Shown here: one piece after another, positions 11,305 through 25,498 of the stretch
How positions within the stretch are numbered: position 1 is the stretch's first letter
Layout of the letters: each line of letters begins with the position of its first letter
Source: Camelus dromedarius
Lineage: Eukaryota
Length of the DNA: 64,000 nt
Reading direction: 5' to 3'
Assembly: GCF_036321535.1 (NCBI RefSeq)
Contig: NC_087437.1
Span: 2,356,001-2,420,000 of the forward strand
The notes under the pieces: model-generated
What the model saw: the letters and a program-made list of their open reading frames with translations, nothing else
Told to the model about the DNA's origin: nothing
The model's database searches: none
Made by a program: the position numbers and the translations under genes

Positions 11305-14300
11305 GGGGAGTGACTTCAGAGAGCTGGCAGAGTGGGAAGTCCCAACTCGTCCCCTAATAGCAACGCTGATTTAGAAACAGCACACAGGTGAAAATAGCTT
11401 TATGAGACCTCCACATCCGAGTCAGTAAGTTGTAGCATGGTGATGAGCACAGAGCTAGTGACAGCCAGGTGAAACAGGCAAGGACATAACTTCACTTCAC
11501 CCCCAGGAGTCCCTCCCCCAAGCAGGCACAGTTCGGCACCAAGAGGGCACAGCTTGACCCATGGTTTCTCCCTCAGGAGAAAGAGAGTGGAGCCTGCACC
11601 CAACACCCTCGGCCTTTCAGCACACTGGCCGCAGGGAAAGTGGTGGCAGCTGTGCACAAATGGAAGAAGGCGCACAGCCCAGGACGGAGAGAGAGAAGGG
11701 GGATGTGCACATCCATGAAAAAGCCTGAGACTCTAGCTGGCTGCCTGGTGAGGCCCTTTCCCTGTGAAAGCCAGTCTGTAAATGCTGGGGGAGGCGTCTG
11801 TTTCTATAAGTACGCAGACACAAATGGAAAACTGCAAGAAACATGGAGAATAAAGAAATATGACCCAACCAGAAAACAAATCTCTAGCGACCAAGACTAA
11901 AGAAATGGAGATTTATGAATTTCCAAAAAAAAGAGTTCAAACTAATCATCTTCAAGAAGCTACATCTTAAAGATGCTTTTATGAGTTACAAAATAACACA
12001 TATACACAACTAAACAAAATCAGGGAAATGATACATTAAAAATGTGAATATCAAGAAAGAGAAAGAAGGCATTAAAAAAGAAAAATGAAGGGAAAAAAAA
12101 GAGAGTGAGAGAAAGAATGGAAGTAAATACATTTTGGAGCTGGAGAATACAACTAAAAATTCAATAGAGAGCTTCAGAATCAGATTTGATCAAGCAAAGA
12201 AGGAATTGGTGAACTTCAACACAAGTCATTTGAAATTATTTAGAGAAGCAAAAAGAAAAAAAAAAAGAATGAAAGAGTAAAGGAAGCTGAAGATGAGACA
12301 CCTCAAATGAACAACACACAGAGTATAGGAGTCCCATAAGGGGAAAAGAGAGAAAGTTGCAGAAAGCTTAAAAAAGCAGTGCCCCTAAACTTCCCAGATC
12401 TTTGGAAGGCGGTAGATCCCAGACTCATGAAGTCCAAAGTAGCCCATAAATGAAACAGAAGGTGTCTATGCTGAGACATGATAACCAAATTGTCAAAAGT
12501 GAAAGACAGGGTGAGTTTTGAAATCACTCAGAGAAAAATCACCCACCATGTAGGAGGAAGTCCTCTTAAGGTGATCAATCCATTTCTTAGCAGAAAGCTT
12601 GCAGGCCAGAGAGATTGAAATAGTGTATCCAAAGTACTGGGGAAAAAAATTATGAAACAAGAATGCTATACCTGGCAAAGCTGTACACCAAAAATAAAAG
12701 AGAAGAAAATACTTTTTTAGATGAACAAAAGCAGAGAGAGTTCATTACCACTAGAACTGCTTTAAAGAAATACTAAAGGGAGTGCTTAAAGTTGATAAAC
12801 AGCAAAAATAAAGCATAGTATGAAATCAGAAAATTCACTGATAAAGGTAAATATAAAGACAAGTACAAAGATTGTAGCATTGGTGTGTAGACTCCTTTTA
12901 ATTTTAGTATAAAAGTTAAAAGATAAAGGGTATATAGATTGTTATAATTATAAGATCCTTATGTAAGCCTCATGGTAATCACAAAGAAAATATACATAAA
13001 AAAGCATATAAACTGAACTCCTTAATCAAATTAATAAAGTGGCTGAATGGAAAATAATATAACAAATAACAAAAGAGAGCAGGAGTGCCATTACTTACAT
13101 CAGGCAAAATAGAATGTATGTCAGAATCTATCAGAAGAGACAGAGAAGGACATTGTAAAATGAAAGAAGATTCAGTCCAGGACAATTGACATTAGAGTAC
13201 CTAGAAACACAAGGCAAACATCGATAGAGCTGAAGGGAGAAATTAACACCAATATAATAATAGTAAAAGACATCAATAACTCGCTCTCAATAATGAACAG
13301 AACATCCATAAAGAAAATTAATAATGAAACAGTGCACTCAAATAATGCTATGTATATCAAATGGACCTATCAGACATATATAGCGCATCCCACCCCAAAA
13401 CAATAGAATACACGTTCTTCTCAAAAACAAACACAACTTTCTCCAGGAAAGATCATATGTTAGGTCACAAACATTTTAAAAGATTGAAATCTTGCTATTG
13501 TAAATATATTTTCTGACCACAGAGAAATGAAACTAGAAATCTACAACAGAAGGAAAACTGGGAAATTCACAAATATGTGGACATTAAGCATCATGCTCCT
13601 TACCAAACAATGGAGCCAAGAAAAGTTCAAAAGGGAAATCAGAAAATGTCAGCATAAATGAAAATGAAAATGCAACATACCAAAACTTATGGGATCCATC
13701 AGAGGTATTACTCAGAGGGAACATTATATTGATAAACACCTACATCAGAAATGAAGAAAGACCTCAAATAAACCACCTAAGTTTACACCTTATTGAATTA
13801 GAAGAATAACCTAAGCCAAAAATTAAGAAAGGAAATAATAAAACTTAAAGCAAAAATAAACAAAGCATAGAAAGATATTTCAAAAAATCAAAATAAGAGT
13901 TGGTTTTCTGAAAAATAAAAATTGACAGATGTAAGTTAGACTAAGAAAAAATAGAGAAGACTCAAATAAATAAAAACAGACTACAACTGATACCACAGAA
14001 ATAAAAAGGGATCAAAAGAGAATAGTATAAACAACTATACGCCAACAACTTACATAGCCTTAAAGTAATGGATTAATTCCTAGAAATATACAACCTACGA
14101 AGACTGAATACTGAAGAAATATAAAATTTAAACAGACTAATTACCAGTACAGAGATTTAATCAGTAATCAAAAGCCTCCAAAAACAGAAAGTCCCAGGAC
14201 CACATGTCTTCACTGGTTAATTCTAGCAAGCATTTAAAAAAAGAATTACTGCCACTCCTTCTCAAACTCCTGCAGTGAATTGAAGGAGAAAGAATAGTTC

Positions 14301-16769
14301 CAAACTATTTTACCAGGTCAGGGTTACCCACATACCAAAGCCAGGCAAATGTGTTACAAGAGAAGAATGTTATAGGTCAATATCCCTGATGAACATACAT
14401 GCAAAATTTATCAACAAAATACTAGTCCATCGAGGTCAACAGGCTTATACACCATAATCAAATGGGGTTTATCCCCCTTGAATGTAGGCATGGTTCAACA
14501 AATACAGTCAGTAATGTGATACACCACATTAACAGAATAAGAGAGAAAAACCCCATGATTTTCTCAACAGAATCAGAAAAAAGCATTTGCCAAAATTCAA
14601 CTCTCCTTTATGATAAGAACGCTTAACAAACTAGGGATACAAGGCATGTGCCTCAATGTGGTAAAGGAAATAGAAGACAAGCCCGAAGCTAACGTCAGAC
14701 TCAATGAAGAAAAATTAAAGACTGTCTCATGATCAAAAGCAAGTTACAGATGCTCCCTCTCACCACTTCTGTGCAACAAGGTGCTGGAAATTCTAGCCAA
14801 AGCAATAGAAAAAAAAGAAAAAAAGAAATAGTATTCCAAATTCAAAAAGGAGTCAATATATACCTGTTTGCAGACAAAATGATCTTGTATGTAGAAAACC
14901 ATAAGGCCCCATAAAAAAGTGTTAGAACTAATAAACAAATTCAATAAAATTGTAAGATTTGAAATCAATATGCAAAAATTGATTGCTATACACACAGTGA
15001 ACTGTCTGAGAAGGAAATTAAAGAAACAATCCTGTTCGCACTAACATCAAAGACAATAAAATACTTGGGATTAGACCCAAGGAGATGAAAGATTCGTACC
15101 ATGAAAACTGCAACATGTTGAAGAAAGAAACAAAAGAAGACAGAAGTAAATAGAAATATATATTCATATATTGGAAGACTTAGTGTGTTAAAATGTTCAT
15201 AATACCCAAAGCAATCTGCAGATTCAGTGCTATTCCCATCAAATTCATATTTTTTACATGAAGACAGTCAAAAATGCTTACAGAAGTAGAAAAACTCCTT
15301 AACAGCTGAAGAAATATTAAGAAAGAACAAAGTTGGAGACATCGTATTTCCTGATTTCTAAATATATTACAAAACTACAGTAATCAAAACTATATTACTG
15401 GTTTAAAGATAGCCATATGAATCAATGGAACAAACAGACTGACAATAAACCTACGTCTATGTAATCAACTGATCTTCAACAAGGGAGAAAGAACACACAA
15501 GGTGGGGAGCATAGTCCCTTCAACAAAGGGTGATGGGAAAACTGAATATCCACATTCAGAGAATGAAACTGGGCCCTTATCTTACACTGTAAGTAAAAAT
15601 CATCTTAAAATAGATTAAAGACTTAAACGCAAGACCTGAAACTATAAACCTCCTGGAACAAAACATAGAGGAGAAACTTTCTGACACTGGCCTTGGCAAA
15701 TGTTCCCGACATATGACACCAAAAGCACAGGAAACAAACCCCCAAATACACAAGTGAAACTGTATCAAACTAAAAGCTTCTGCACAAAGAATCAATAAAA
15801 TGAAAAGACAACCTAAGAGAATGGGAGGATCTACTTGCCAAACTTACATTCGATAAAGTGTTTATATCCAAAATATATAAGAAACTCCTACAACTCAATA
15901 GCAAAAAACAAATAACCCAGTTAAAAATGAGCAAAATCTTGGATAGACATTTTTCCAAAGAGGACATACACATGGCCAGCAGGTGTAAGAAAATGTGCTC
16001 AGCATCACTAACCATCAGGGAAATGCAGATGAAGACAATGAGACAGCCCTTCATACTCGTTAGGGTGGCTGTTATCAAAAGAACTGAAGAAAAGTGTTGG
16101 AGAGGCTGTGGAGAAACTGGAAACCTTGTACACTGTTGATGAGAATGTAGAATGGCCTGGCTGTTATGGAAAATACTATGATCCTCAAAATATAAAAAAC
16201 AGAATTACTATATGACCCAGCAATCCCACTTCTCAGTATATAGCCTAAATAATTGGAGCCAGGAGCCCCAAAAGGATATTTTCATTCCCATGTTCATTGC
16301 ATAATTATTTGCAGTGTCCAAGATATGAAAGCAACCTAAACGCCCATTCACAGATGAATGGATACAGAAAATGTGGTACATACTTTCATCGGAATATTGC
16401 TCAGCCTTTGAAAAGAAGGAAACCCTGCCATGTACAGCAACCAGGATGAATCTGGAGGACATTACACTGAGTAAAATGAGCCAGTTATGGAATGACAAGT
16501 AATGTATGATTCCACACATATGGCATACCTAATGTAGTCAAATTCGGAGAAGCAGAGTGTAAAATGGTGGTGTCCAAAGGCTGGAGGGAGATGGAAATGG
16601 GTGGGGTTTTTTTAAGACTATAAAATTTCAATTATGCAAGGGGAAGAAGTTCTAGGGATCTGTTGTAAAACATAGTGCTTGTATTTAATAATATTATAGA
16701 GTATACTTGAAATTTTGTTCAGACAGGACAGCTCATGTTTTAAGTGTTCACAATTAAAAAAAAAAAAAG
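11305..16769 (+). mobile_element. Near full-length degenerate L1 (L1MA8/9-like): 5'UTR, ORF1, ORF2, 3'UTR, poly(A)
   Basis: ORF2 remnants (ISKIYKKLLQLNSKK...RHFSKEDIHMA at 15858-16139), A-rich sense strand, poly(A) ~16756-16768. Many stops, frameshifts and deletions. Confidence 0.9.
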
Positions 16770-17084
16770 TAGAGCGCAATCCACACTTTAATTGCTGCTC
16801 TGCTGGCAGGTCCATTAACAAAAACAAACAAACAAAAAGACTTCACTGGATGCTGCAGTATGACGACTGTTAGTGATGTTGTCCATCGTTGGGATGGTGG
16901 AAAGGAAGTCCAGATCTGAGGCAGTGGAGTTAGAAAATTCGTGAAGTTTGACTCTGAACAGTGAAAGTCGAGGCAGTAAGTTGAGAAGGTCCAAGGGAAA
17001 AGCAGCACGAGCAGGACGTGCCGATGGATCCCTGGGTCTGACACATGCGGTTTGCCATTCAGAGCCGTGCCGAGTTAAACAAAA

Positions 17085-17230
17085 GACTCAACTTCCTTGC
17101 TTCATTTTCCTAATTGATAACGGGGGTGACGCTGCTGCCTGATGCACTGGTGGGTCAGTGCAGCTGTCCATGTAAGTCTGGTAGAGTCCTGCCTGGCATG
17201 GCAAACACAAATGCTACCATACAGTATTAG
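17085..17230 (+). mobile_element. MIR fragment
   Basis: Core-like cttcattttcctaattgataacggggg and tail cctggcatggcaaacac. Confidence 0.45.
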
Positions 17231-17572
17231 CTAACATTGTCTCACAATCATTAAAAAATGTCTTTTCTATGCTTATCAAGTGTTATTTTCTTTATGTATT
17301 TTCCAGGAAATTTTCATCAACTGCTAATTGGTTTTACTTATTTTCTGGAAACTCATTCTATGTAAGAAAGAAGTCTTTACTCCCCCAGTATTTCTCACAA
17401 AGATGCAATTACTCTCTTGGATTCGGCTTCCCTTATTGTCTATTCAAGTGCCCACATTGTCTTTCTAGGTTGTGAACTGGGAGGTTGTTTATACCAAAGT
17501 AGATTAACAGGTGGAGGAGTGAGTCTGTGGCCAGAGAAGTGAGCATGCTAGAAAGTACATTTTATTACCTGA

Positions 17573-17603
<31 letters not shown>

Positions 17604-18244
17604 GGATACTGGATCCACTATGGTGGAGGTCAGATTTCAGTATTTAGCTTTCTCTCTGACTATGCACAGCTTCATCCCCCAGGCAGCAAGAAAAAATCCA
17701 TGTAACCCTGCCTCACTGGTTTTTTGCTTTTAACTTTGTAAATCCAGCTTTAGAATCCCAAAGTCCATCCGGCTGGGCAGTCTGTGCTCCGATGTGTTAA
17801 GTACCAGTGGCTGTTAAACTGGAATTTCAAGCAATGCGCTCTGCTCATGCACCTTGCGCTGGCCCCAGGGAATTTCTCTTCCAATTAACCATTGCCAGAA
17901 GTCTGTGCAGAACATCCTTTATTTATAGCCCATAATTCCATCTTGCTGCCTCCAGAGGGGAATTTATTAGCAATGCATTCAGGTGTCTCCGATGCATTTG
18001 ACAGGTTTGGATATCTTTAGAGCAATTTGATCCGACTCCCATTATATTTAAGAGAAATTCTTTGGTGATCCTGGGTTCTCAAGAATGCAGCGGGGTTTTC
18101 TGTATTTTCTAGAGCTGTCTTCATGTTATTGAAGACCTGGAGGCATGTGTGAAGTTTAAGGCAAAGGAGAATTTGGTGTCCTTCGGGTAGCCAGTTCACC
18201 AGTTCATCTCCTAACAGTTAAAGAGGGAAGACACTGAGGAAGGG

Positions 18245-18430
18245 GCATGGATTTGCATACAGTCCAGGTCCACCTGCAACCTTGGGTACCAACCTAACCT
18301 CACTGTTTCTGAAGTGCGCCTAACGACAGTTACTACTTCATACAACAGATGTGAGATTTAAATGAGTATAAGTTTCTATGTACAAGTTTCTAGCTGTGGC
18401 TGACACATAATAAACACTATAGGAGTGATT
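18245..18430 (+). mobile_element. MIR fragment
   Basis: gcaaccttggg...aacctcactgtttct...gtgagatttaaatgag...gctgacacataataaacact. Confidence 0.6.
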
Positions 18431-21400
18431 GATGTAATATTAAAATTTAATAGCTATTTAAGTGTTCTATTAAGTCAGTATGTTTATTTAACCACTCTAG
18501 TTGTATGTTCATTTAAAATGTATATACATATATGATTTTTCACATGTTGATATGTAATTGTCCCAACCAAATTTTTTTGAAAAGACTGTCCTTTGTGCAT
18601 TTAATTGACTTTTCCACTATTGTGGAAAATCAGTTGACTATAAATAATAATGTATAAATATTATATGTATAAATAATAATATATAAATAATGCTATAATA
18701 TAAATACAAAACTTTGTCTATATCACTGATTATTTCCATGGTTGAATTTAGAATAAGTTTTTAGACATGAAACTATTGGATCACATGTATCAATATTTTT
18801 AAGATTCTTGACATATGTGCACTAAGAAATTTCCTTTAAGCCCTGGCAAGCAAATTTATAATCTTACTATTGATATATGAAAGAGGTCATTATAAACCAC
18901 CCTTACCTATAGGGGTTAATATCATTACAAGCATTATGATAAATTTGATAACCTGGGTATAATTTCTTCACTTCCTTGGACTTTCCACTTGCCTCTCCTC
19001 TGGAGAATTTGTCCCTGGCTCCTAACTCCTTTCTCCGGCCTCACTCTCCTTTCTTTCTCCTTTGCATTGTCCTCCTTTTCCCAGGGAGTGGGGAGGGGTG
19101 GGTGGGTGGGAACCTTGTCTCAGCTGACCACTGTGATTACCTTTGCTATTGCCTTGGCTCACGCTGACATCTATTCAACCAGAAAGAACTTCCTATAAGT
19201 AGCTCATTAAGCAGGATATTTTCCCATGGAAAATTTTGTTTCTAAGTAGAATCTGCGGGAAGCTATAAATACAAAATAAAATTTTGACTCCTGTGAAACA
19301 ATAAGGTATGAACTTAGTAAGTAAGAAGACGTAGACTCAGAGTTTTTACCAATTCCAGCAGCTGCTGCTGCCAACTCTACTTTAGTGCTCCTGTCAGCAT
19401 TTTAATCACTTTGCTCTTTTACATGATATTCGGGTTTCCCACACGAACTATTATTAATCTACATGTGCTCCATGTGTTGACTTATGTAGGTATTTAACCT
19501 GAAGTCCAGGAGACTTCATTCATTTTTTTCTTATATTTCATCCTGTTGGTTTTAGTTTAATAATCTGAACAGTATGTCAAGTTTCTTAATCCTGGGGTTA
19601 CCATATTGTCAATCATTTTGTCCCTTTGTGTTCAAAAATAATTTCAGATTATTAAGTCTCTCTATCTTCTGGGAATTGGAATTGCTAGTAAAGAAAAATA
19701 GGACTCATTCAATGCATTGCTTTTATGGAGATAGCTGAATTTAGACATGTCCCTCAGCAATCATTTATCTTGCCACTAGGCCAATGTATACATCTGTATT
19801 AGGGAAATCTTACCTATCTTTACCCTTTCTTCTGAGAGGCCTATAGTAAACTTCTACCATTAAACTGCTTTGCTTGTCTGTTTACTACATTTTTGAGATG
19901 TAATTGACTATAAAATTATATTAGCTTCATGTGCACAACATAAAGATTTGATATATGTATATATTGTAAATTATTCACCACAAAAAGTTTAGTAAACTTA
20001 CTTTCTATTTCTTTGTAGTAATGCTCACTAAATTTGTGATGGGTGTATTTTTATTCTCAGTTTAATGGAATTCTGTATTATTTGAAAGTAGTGAATACCC
20101 TAGACTTTGAGGGGTAGGTAAGGATATCTAACCATACGTTTAGCAGTGTTTCCAAAAGAAAAATATAATGTTTGGTGTACAGAGAGGGAGGGAAATGGAA
20201 AAACTACAATTGCCTTCCATTAAAGTCACTCCCTTACCAGTTAAATGGTGAGAAAACCTAGATTTTCCATGGAGAGTAAATGAAAAAAATGTTCAGCATC
20301 ACTAATCATTGGGAAAATGCAAATCAAAACCACAGCTAGATATCACCTCACACATGTCAGGATGGCTATCATTTAGGGAAAAAAAGGTGAAAAGTGTGGG
20401 TGACAGCAGGCCAGTCCCCTCAGGTAACTGTGCCTTCCTGAGTGTGGCATGGGAGAATTGATCTGCTCTGTCTAACAGGCACTGAATCACATTATCTGTG
20501 ACCCAGAGTAAGACAGTCACATTTTTCTCATGTTATTTTGACAATTAAAGATAAGAATGTAATTTAAGTACTGATTAACTTCCATATAGAATAACCACTA
20601 AATACAAAGTCACTGCTGTGTTTTACCTAGGAATTAGACAAGGAAATAAAATTTTGTTTTACTATAAGGAGGGAAAAGCTAAATGAATAATAAATACTAA
20701 TAATAAAATGAAATAGAATTTCTGCTTAATTTATTAAGAAATCTCTGTATTATAATCTCTAGTTTGTATGACGTGAGTTTGATGAGTGAATTCAGGCATA
20801 AAAATATCTTACTTATATCTCTGCCATCAGTATCCCAGAAAGAAAAAAGTATTGTCATAAAGCCTCAAGTTCTTCAGTGCCTGTTGAGATGACCACCCAT
20901 ATCCATGAACAGACTTTGGTGAAGACTGAAAGAGAATTAAAAGCATAGTCCTTAGCCATGAACTTGCCCATCACACCCAGCATTTTATGAAAAGTGAAAA
21001 GCCAGCATTTTATCAAAGAGGCTCCTGACCTCACTTCATTGTTCAAATTTCTAGTGGAAGAAGGAAAGAGAGAAGAGAAAGCAAACCAGATTTGATTTAA
21101 ACCCATTAGTCATTGTTTTTGCCTCTAAAACACAGACTGGTAGCAAAGCTACTAGTTATAAAGCAGAAATATTTTCTGTGACAACTGTGGAAAAACAAAA
21201 AGACTTAAATTACCTACTCAGTCTGTTTGTTCTCATGGTTCTGATTTTTGGCATTCCTTAACATACAAGCAAATCACTGCCATTGTTTTCATGTGCTCCC
21301 AAAAGACAAAGAAAACAAATATCTATCTATAGAGGACACAGTTTTGAACCAGAAACCATGTTTCAAAAATTTACTTGTTTTACTTCGGTACTTGCCCATC

Positions 21401-21553
21401 ACAAGTATATTTAAAATTAACCATATAACTTGTCCTCAGTGATTACAGAGAACATACATTGGGCAAAATTAGTTTGAAATTCAAGGTTTTTGAAATGTCA
21501 CTTTTCCAGTCATTATTTATTATTCATATACAAAATAATGTTTTCCTACCCTT

Positions 21554-21885
21554 TTTAATTGAAGTAGAGTCAGTTTACAATGCTGTGCCAATTTCTGGTG
21601 TACAGCATAATTTTTCAGTCATACATGAACATACATGTATTCCTTTCCATATTCTTTTTTATTATAGGCTACTACAAGACATTGAATCTAGTTCCATGTG
21701 CTATACAGTAGAAACTTGTTTATCTGGTTGTTTATCTGGATTTCCTTGTATTTCTGGTTGTAAGAGATATTCTGCCGAAGTTCAGTAGGTATTCTGGGAG
21801 ATTTGTTCCACAGGTAGATGTAGTTTTACTGTATTTGTGGGAGAGGGTGAACTTCACATCCTTCTACTCCACCATCTTGGCAATC
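21554..21885 (-). mobile_element. Mini-L1: L1 5' terminus (~160 bp) fused to L1 3' terminus (~170 bp)
   Basis: Minus strand begins ...ccaagatggtggagtag (L1 5' end) and ends in L1 3'UTR. TSD tcctaccctt (21544-21553) / tcctgccctt (21886-21895). Junction near 21723/21724. Confidence 0.8.
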
Positions 21886-23288
21886 TCCTGCCCTTATGAA
21901 GGAATGTGTAACCACAGTATTCAATATTAACTTTGTAATCAAATATATATTTATACAACCAAAGGCTTTGCAGCTGCTCAAGACAGTTGGTCAAAAATGA
22001 GCTTTGTAACTGAGATGCACATTTAGATATGTTAGTCATTCAATTCCCATTGATTATAAATGTTTAGAATAAAACTCTTAGATATAGAGACACCAAAGAA
22101 GAAAAACAACCTATGACTTTATGGTTTACTTTCCTGACCTGAAATATACTAGAGCAGAAAATGTAGAGGGATAGTTTCTATGCATTGAAAGTTGGAAAGG
22201 CAGAGGAAGTATCCTTGCCCCTTATTGATAATAGCTTCTAGGTCTGAGGGTAGTTGAAGGCATAATATTTCTGCAGTATTCACAGATGTTACCTGTTACC
22301 TGTACACATCTAAATTAATATATAACACATCACCTGAATACCAGGGTAATTGAATATTTCTGTAGTAGAAACAAAATTCCAAAGCATTTATAAAATTAAG
22401 CTATATTCTCTAATGCTTCTCCTCTAAAGAATGTAATTGTGTACTGATTCATAAAAAGATGGATTTGATGAAATATAAAACAGAGACTTTTCATTAAACA
22501 TAGAAAACATATTTTTTGAACACAAGAGGATGGATGTATTTATTTCATATTGTATATTAAAAGCAGGTTTTGGTGACCCAGAAAGAAGATGGAAAAGGAT
22601 GTGGTAAGGGAAGTGTTGGTTCTGAAAGCAGAAGGTGAAGAAAACAGGAAAAGTATTTATTTTCTAGGAAAGTGTTTTTGTGGAAAGTAAAGCTGGAATA
22701 AAGAAAAAAAATGAGATAATTCACAGACTGTGAGAAAAGTCTTCAGAGCAAGCTTAGATGAGAAAAGGGGAAAAGGAAAATAAAAATTAAGTCAGCCGCT
22801 GGGGGGGCATAATGAGAGGAGAGCAATTGATTGTCAATTTCCTGGCAATTTACAAAAGGAATGGTGCCCCCAGCCAGGAAAGAGGTGAATAGGATTTCAT
22901 ATATAGGAGGGGAAACAAACACCCCCAAAAAACCTCTGCAGTCTCCGTCTGAGTTAGTAGGGCAGGAGGCTGTCTGGACACAAGTTTCATCAATTCATTA
23001 CTCTTTAAGGATACAGGAGGAAGGGAGCCCTGAGGAATCTGGTCTGAAACTTGACAAAGGGAGAACTGAAGACAAGAAATACAGGAACGCAAAAGAAAAA
23101 ATTCAAACCACACAGGAAATTGAGAACTCAGTGGGATTTGTTTATTTATTCAACAAGCAAAATCAAAATAATTCTAAGGATTAAAATAAGGCCTAAAGAA
23201 TGCCAGTATAAAGTGGAGAAATTTTAAAAACCGAGACAAAGAGATAAAATCACGCCTGCGTTTCTAAGTACGGTGGACGCGCAGAAGC

Positions 23289-23302
23289 GCGCCCTCTAAC
23301 GG
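23289..23302 (-). promoter_or_regulatory. CTCF-like motif in a small CpG-rich patch
   Basis: Minus strand CCGTTAGAGGGCGC, 2 mismatches to CCASYAGRKGGCRS. Local CpG cluster 23250-23302. Confidence 0.4.
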
Positions 23303-23408
23303 TAGGGGTTGTGGTTGGGGGCAGGAAAACCTATTACATGGTTTAGCTGGGGCTGGATGAGTTAAGTGACTACAAGGAGGGAAGTCTCTTTCAAAGAGAA
23401 TAGCAGAG

Positions 23409-23602
23409 GTTGGTGCTTTATAATGTGTGGTCCAGCATCTGCAGCATCAGCATCACCTGGGAACTAACTGGAAATGAAAACTCTCAATTTGAGGCGAAGA
23501 ATGCAGACCCACTGACACCCAAACTTCGGAGATGAGGTCCAGCAATCTGTTTTAACAAGTTCTCCGGTGAGCCTGAGGTTGGCTCGCGTTAGATTACCAA
23601 TG
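23409..23602. mobile_element. MER5A-like hAT MITE
   Basis: gtgtggtcc...cagcatcagcatcacctgggaact...cagcaatctgttttaacaag. Confidence 0.8.
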
Positions 23603-23689
23603 ACACAAGCGAATATTTAGAAACAAGGAGGAGCATCTTCCTATCACATATAATAGAAGTTATTTTTTAAACCAGTTTTTTTTTTTATT

Positions 23690-25200
23690 TTAATTTTGGG
23701 AGTGCTTTAATTTCACGTATTTTTAAATTGCATTTAGTGTTATGAATACAGATTTCTCATAACATAAAACTCCACATAACTGGGACATAGATCAAGAAAG
23801 AAAGTATCGCCAGCATCCCAGAAGCTCTTTCCATACCCCTTCCGGGAATTTTCCCCGATCCTCTACTCCCAAAGATGAAGACTCTCCAGAATTTTTATAA
23901 TTTAGCTTTCCTTTTCTTCATTTGATCTTCATATGAGTGGAATTTTCCAGTATGCTTTCTACTCTGCCTAGCCTTCTTTATTCATGTTATGCTTGTGAGA
24001 GTTTAGCTTTAGCTAAATGCGTCACTGTGTGCTTTTCAGTTGTATAAACATATCAAAACTATATATCTAATGTAATGATAATGGACATCATCTAGACAAT
24101 TTCTAGTTTGTGACTTTCATGAATAATTCTACTATAAGCTTTCTTGCACCTGTATCTTGTTTCTCCTTTGTAAATGTATATATACGTATATATGCATATA
24201 TACATATTTATATGTGCATATATGTATATCAATTACTTATATACATATCAGTGGAGTTTGTGGTCATGGTTTATGTATTTGTTAAATATTAGTAATTAAT
24301 AACACATTGTTTGCAAAAGGGTTGTGCTAACTTACACTCCTGTGAGCATGTATGAAACTTCTCTTTTCTGTACGAACAAGCATCACTCAGCACATCACCC
24401 ATTTTGATTACAGCCACTCTGGCAACTACATAGTAGAATTCTATTTTGGTTTAATTTTTATTTCTATATTTATTAATAATAGTGAATGCTTTGAAAATTT
24501 ATTGGGCATTTGATATCTTTTTTGTGAAGAATCTAACTTTTTTGTTCATTGTTTATTGAGTTGTTTTATGTATATATATATATAAAACGCTTTAAAGAGT
24601 TTTTATAATATGTATAGCACAATATATAAATATGCATACATATAATTTACATATTTTATTCATCTGTAGGAGTTCCTAAAGTACTCTATTCACTAATTAT
24701 CAGTGTTAAAAATATTTTGTCCCATTCTCTGTCTTAGTTGTCAGTCTCTCAGTGGCGTCTTTGAATAAGTAGATGTTCTTATTCTTCACGAGATTTTAAT
24801 GATTTGTGTAATATCTAAGAAATCTTACTTCCTAAAATTTTTATTGTTTTACCCATCACATGTAAATATCCAATCTGATTGTACTGATAATTTTTGTAAG
24901 ATATGAGATACGGGGATAGTGTCCGAACAATTTCATTTCATTGTCCCTCAGATTTATAGACTTTTATTTCTATTAGTGTGACATTGTATTCATACATTTT
25001 CTAAAACTTTCAACCTCAGGATAGACCTAACTTGGTTGTGTTTTAGTACTACTTTTCAATGTCAGTGAGATTTAATTGCTCATATTTCACTTAAGCTTCC
25101 TCCATCCATAGGCATGGGACTGAAATTAAATGTTATGCTCAGTAAGGTGTTTGCCTTCAAGTTCCAAATAGCTTTGTGAGATGAAATTGGAAGATTTAGA
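23690..25200 (-). mobile_element. Old L1 (L1ME-like) fragments
   Basis: Decayed antisense 3'UTR/ORF2 motifs (ccagcatcccagaagct, ttacactcctgtgagca, ttttgtgaag). Confidence 0.6.
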
Positions 25201-25219
25201 TTTTTCTTCTGTCTAGAAA

Positions 25220-25498
25220 TGTGCTGTCCAGGACAGAACCACTAGCCACTTATGGCTATAAGTGCAAAGAACACACTTTTCCACGTCAGTTTTCAAAGGC
25301 CCAGTATAAAAAAATATAAAATATGGCATTAATAATGTCATATATTGATGATTATTTAAATAATTGTGTTTGGGAATGATTGGAGGTAGGTTAAGTGTAT
25401 TATTAAAATTAACTTCATTTGCTTAGTTAATTTTTTTAAATGTAACTACTAGAAAATTTCAAATTTTATTTGATACTTTATTTCTTTGAACAAGGCTG
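25220..25498. mobile_element. MER3/MER33-like hAT MITE
   Basis: gtgctgtcca...ccactagccacttatggcta...ttttaaatgtaactactagaaaattt...ttgaacaaggctg. Confidence 0.65.

Noticed and set aside
17740..18212. Exon-like minus-strand segment (GDELVNWLPEG...; DFWQWLIGREIP, faintly ERVL gag-like)
   Set aside because: Stops in all frames and no convincing homology by eye. Needs BLASTx or Dfam.
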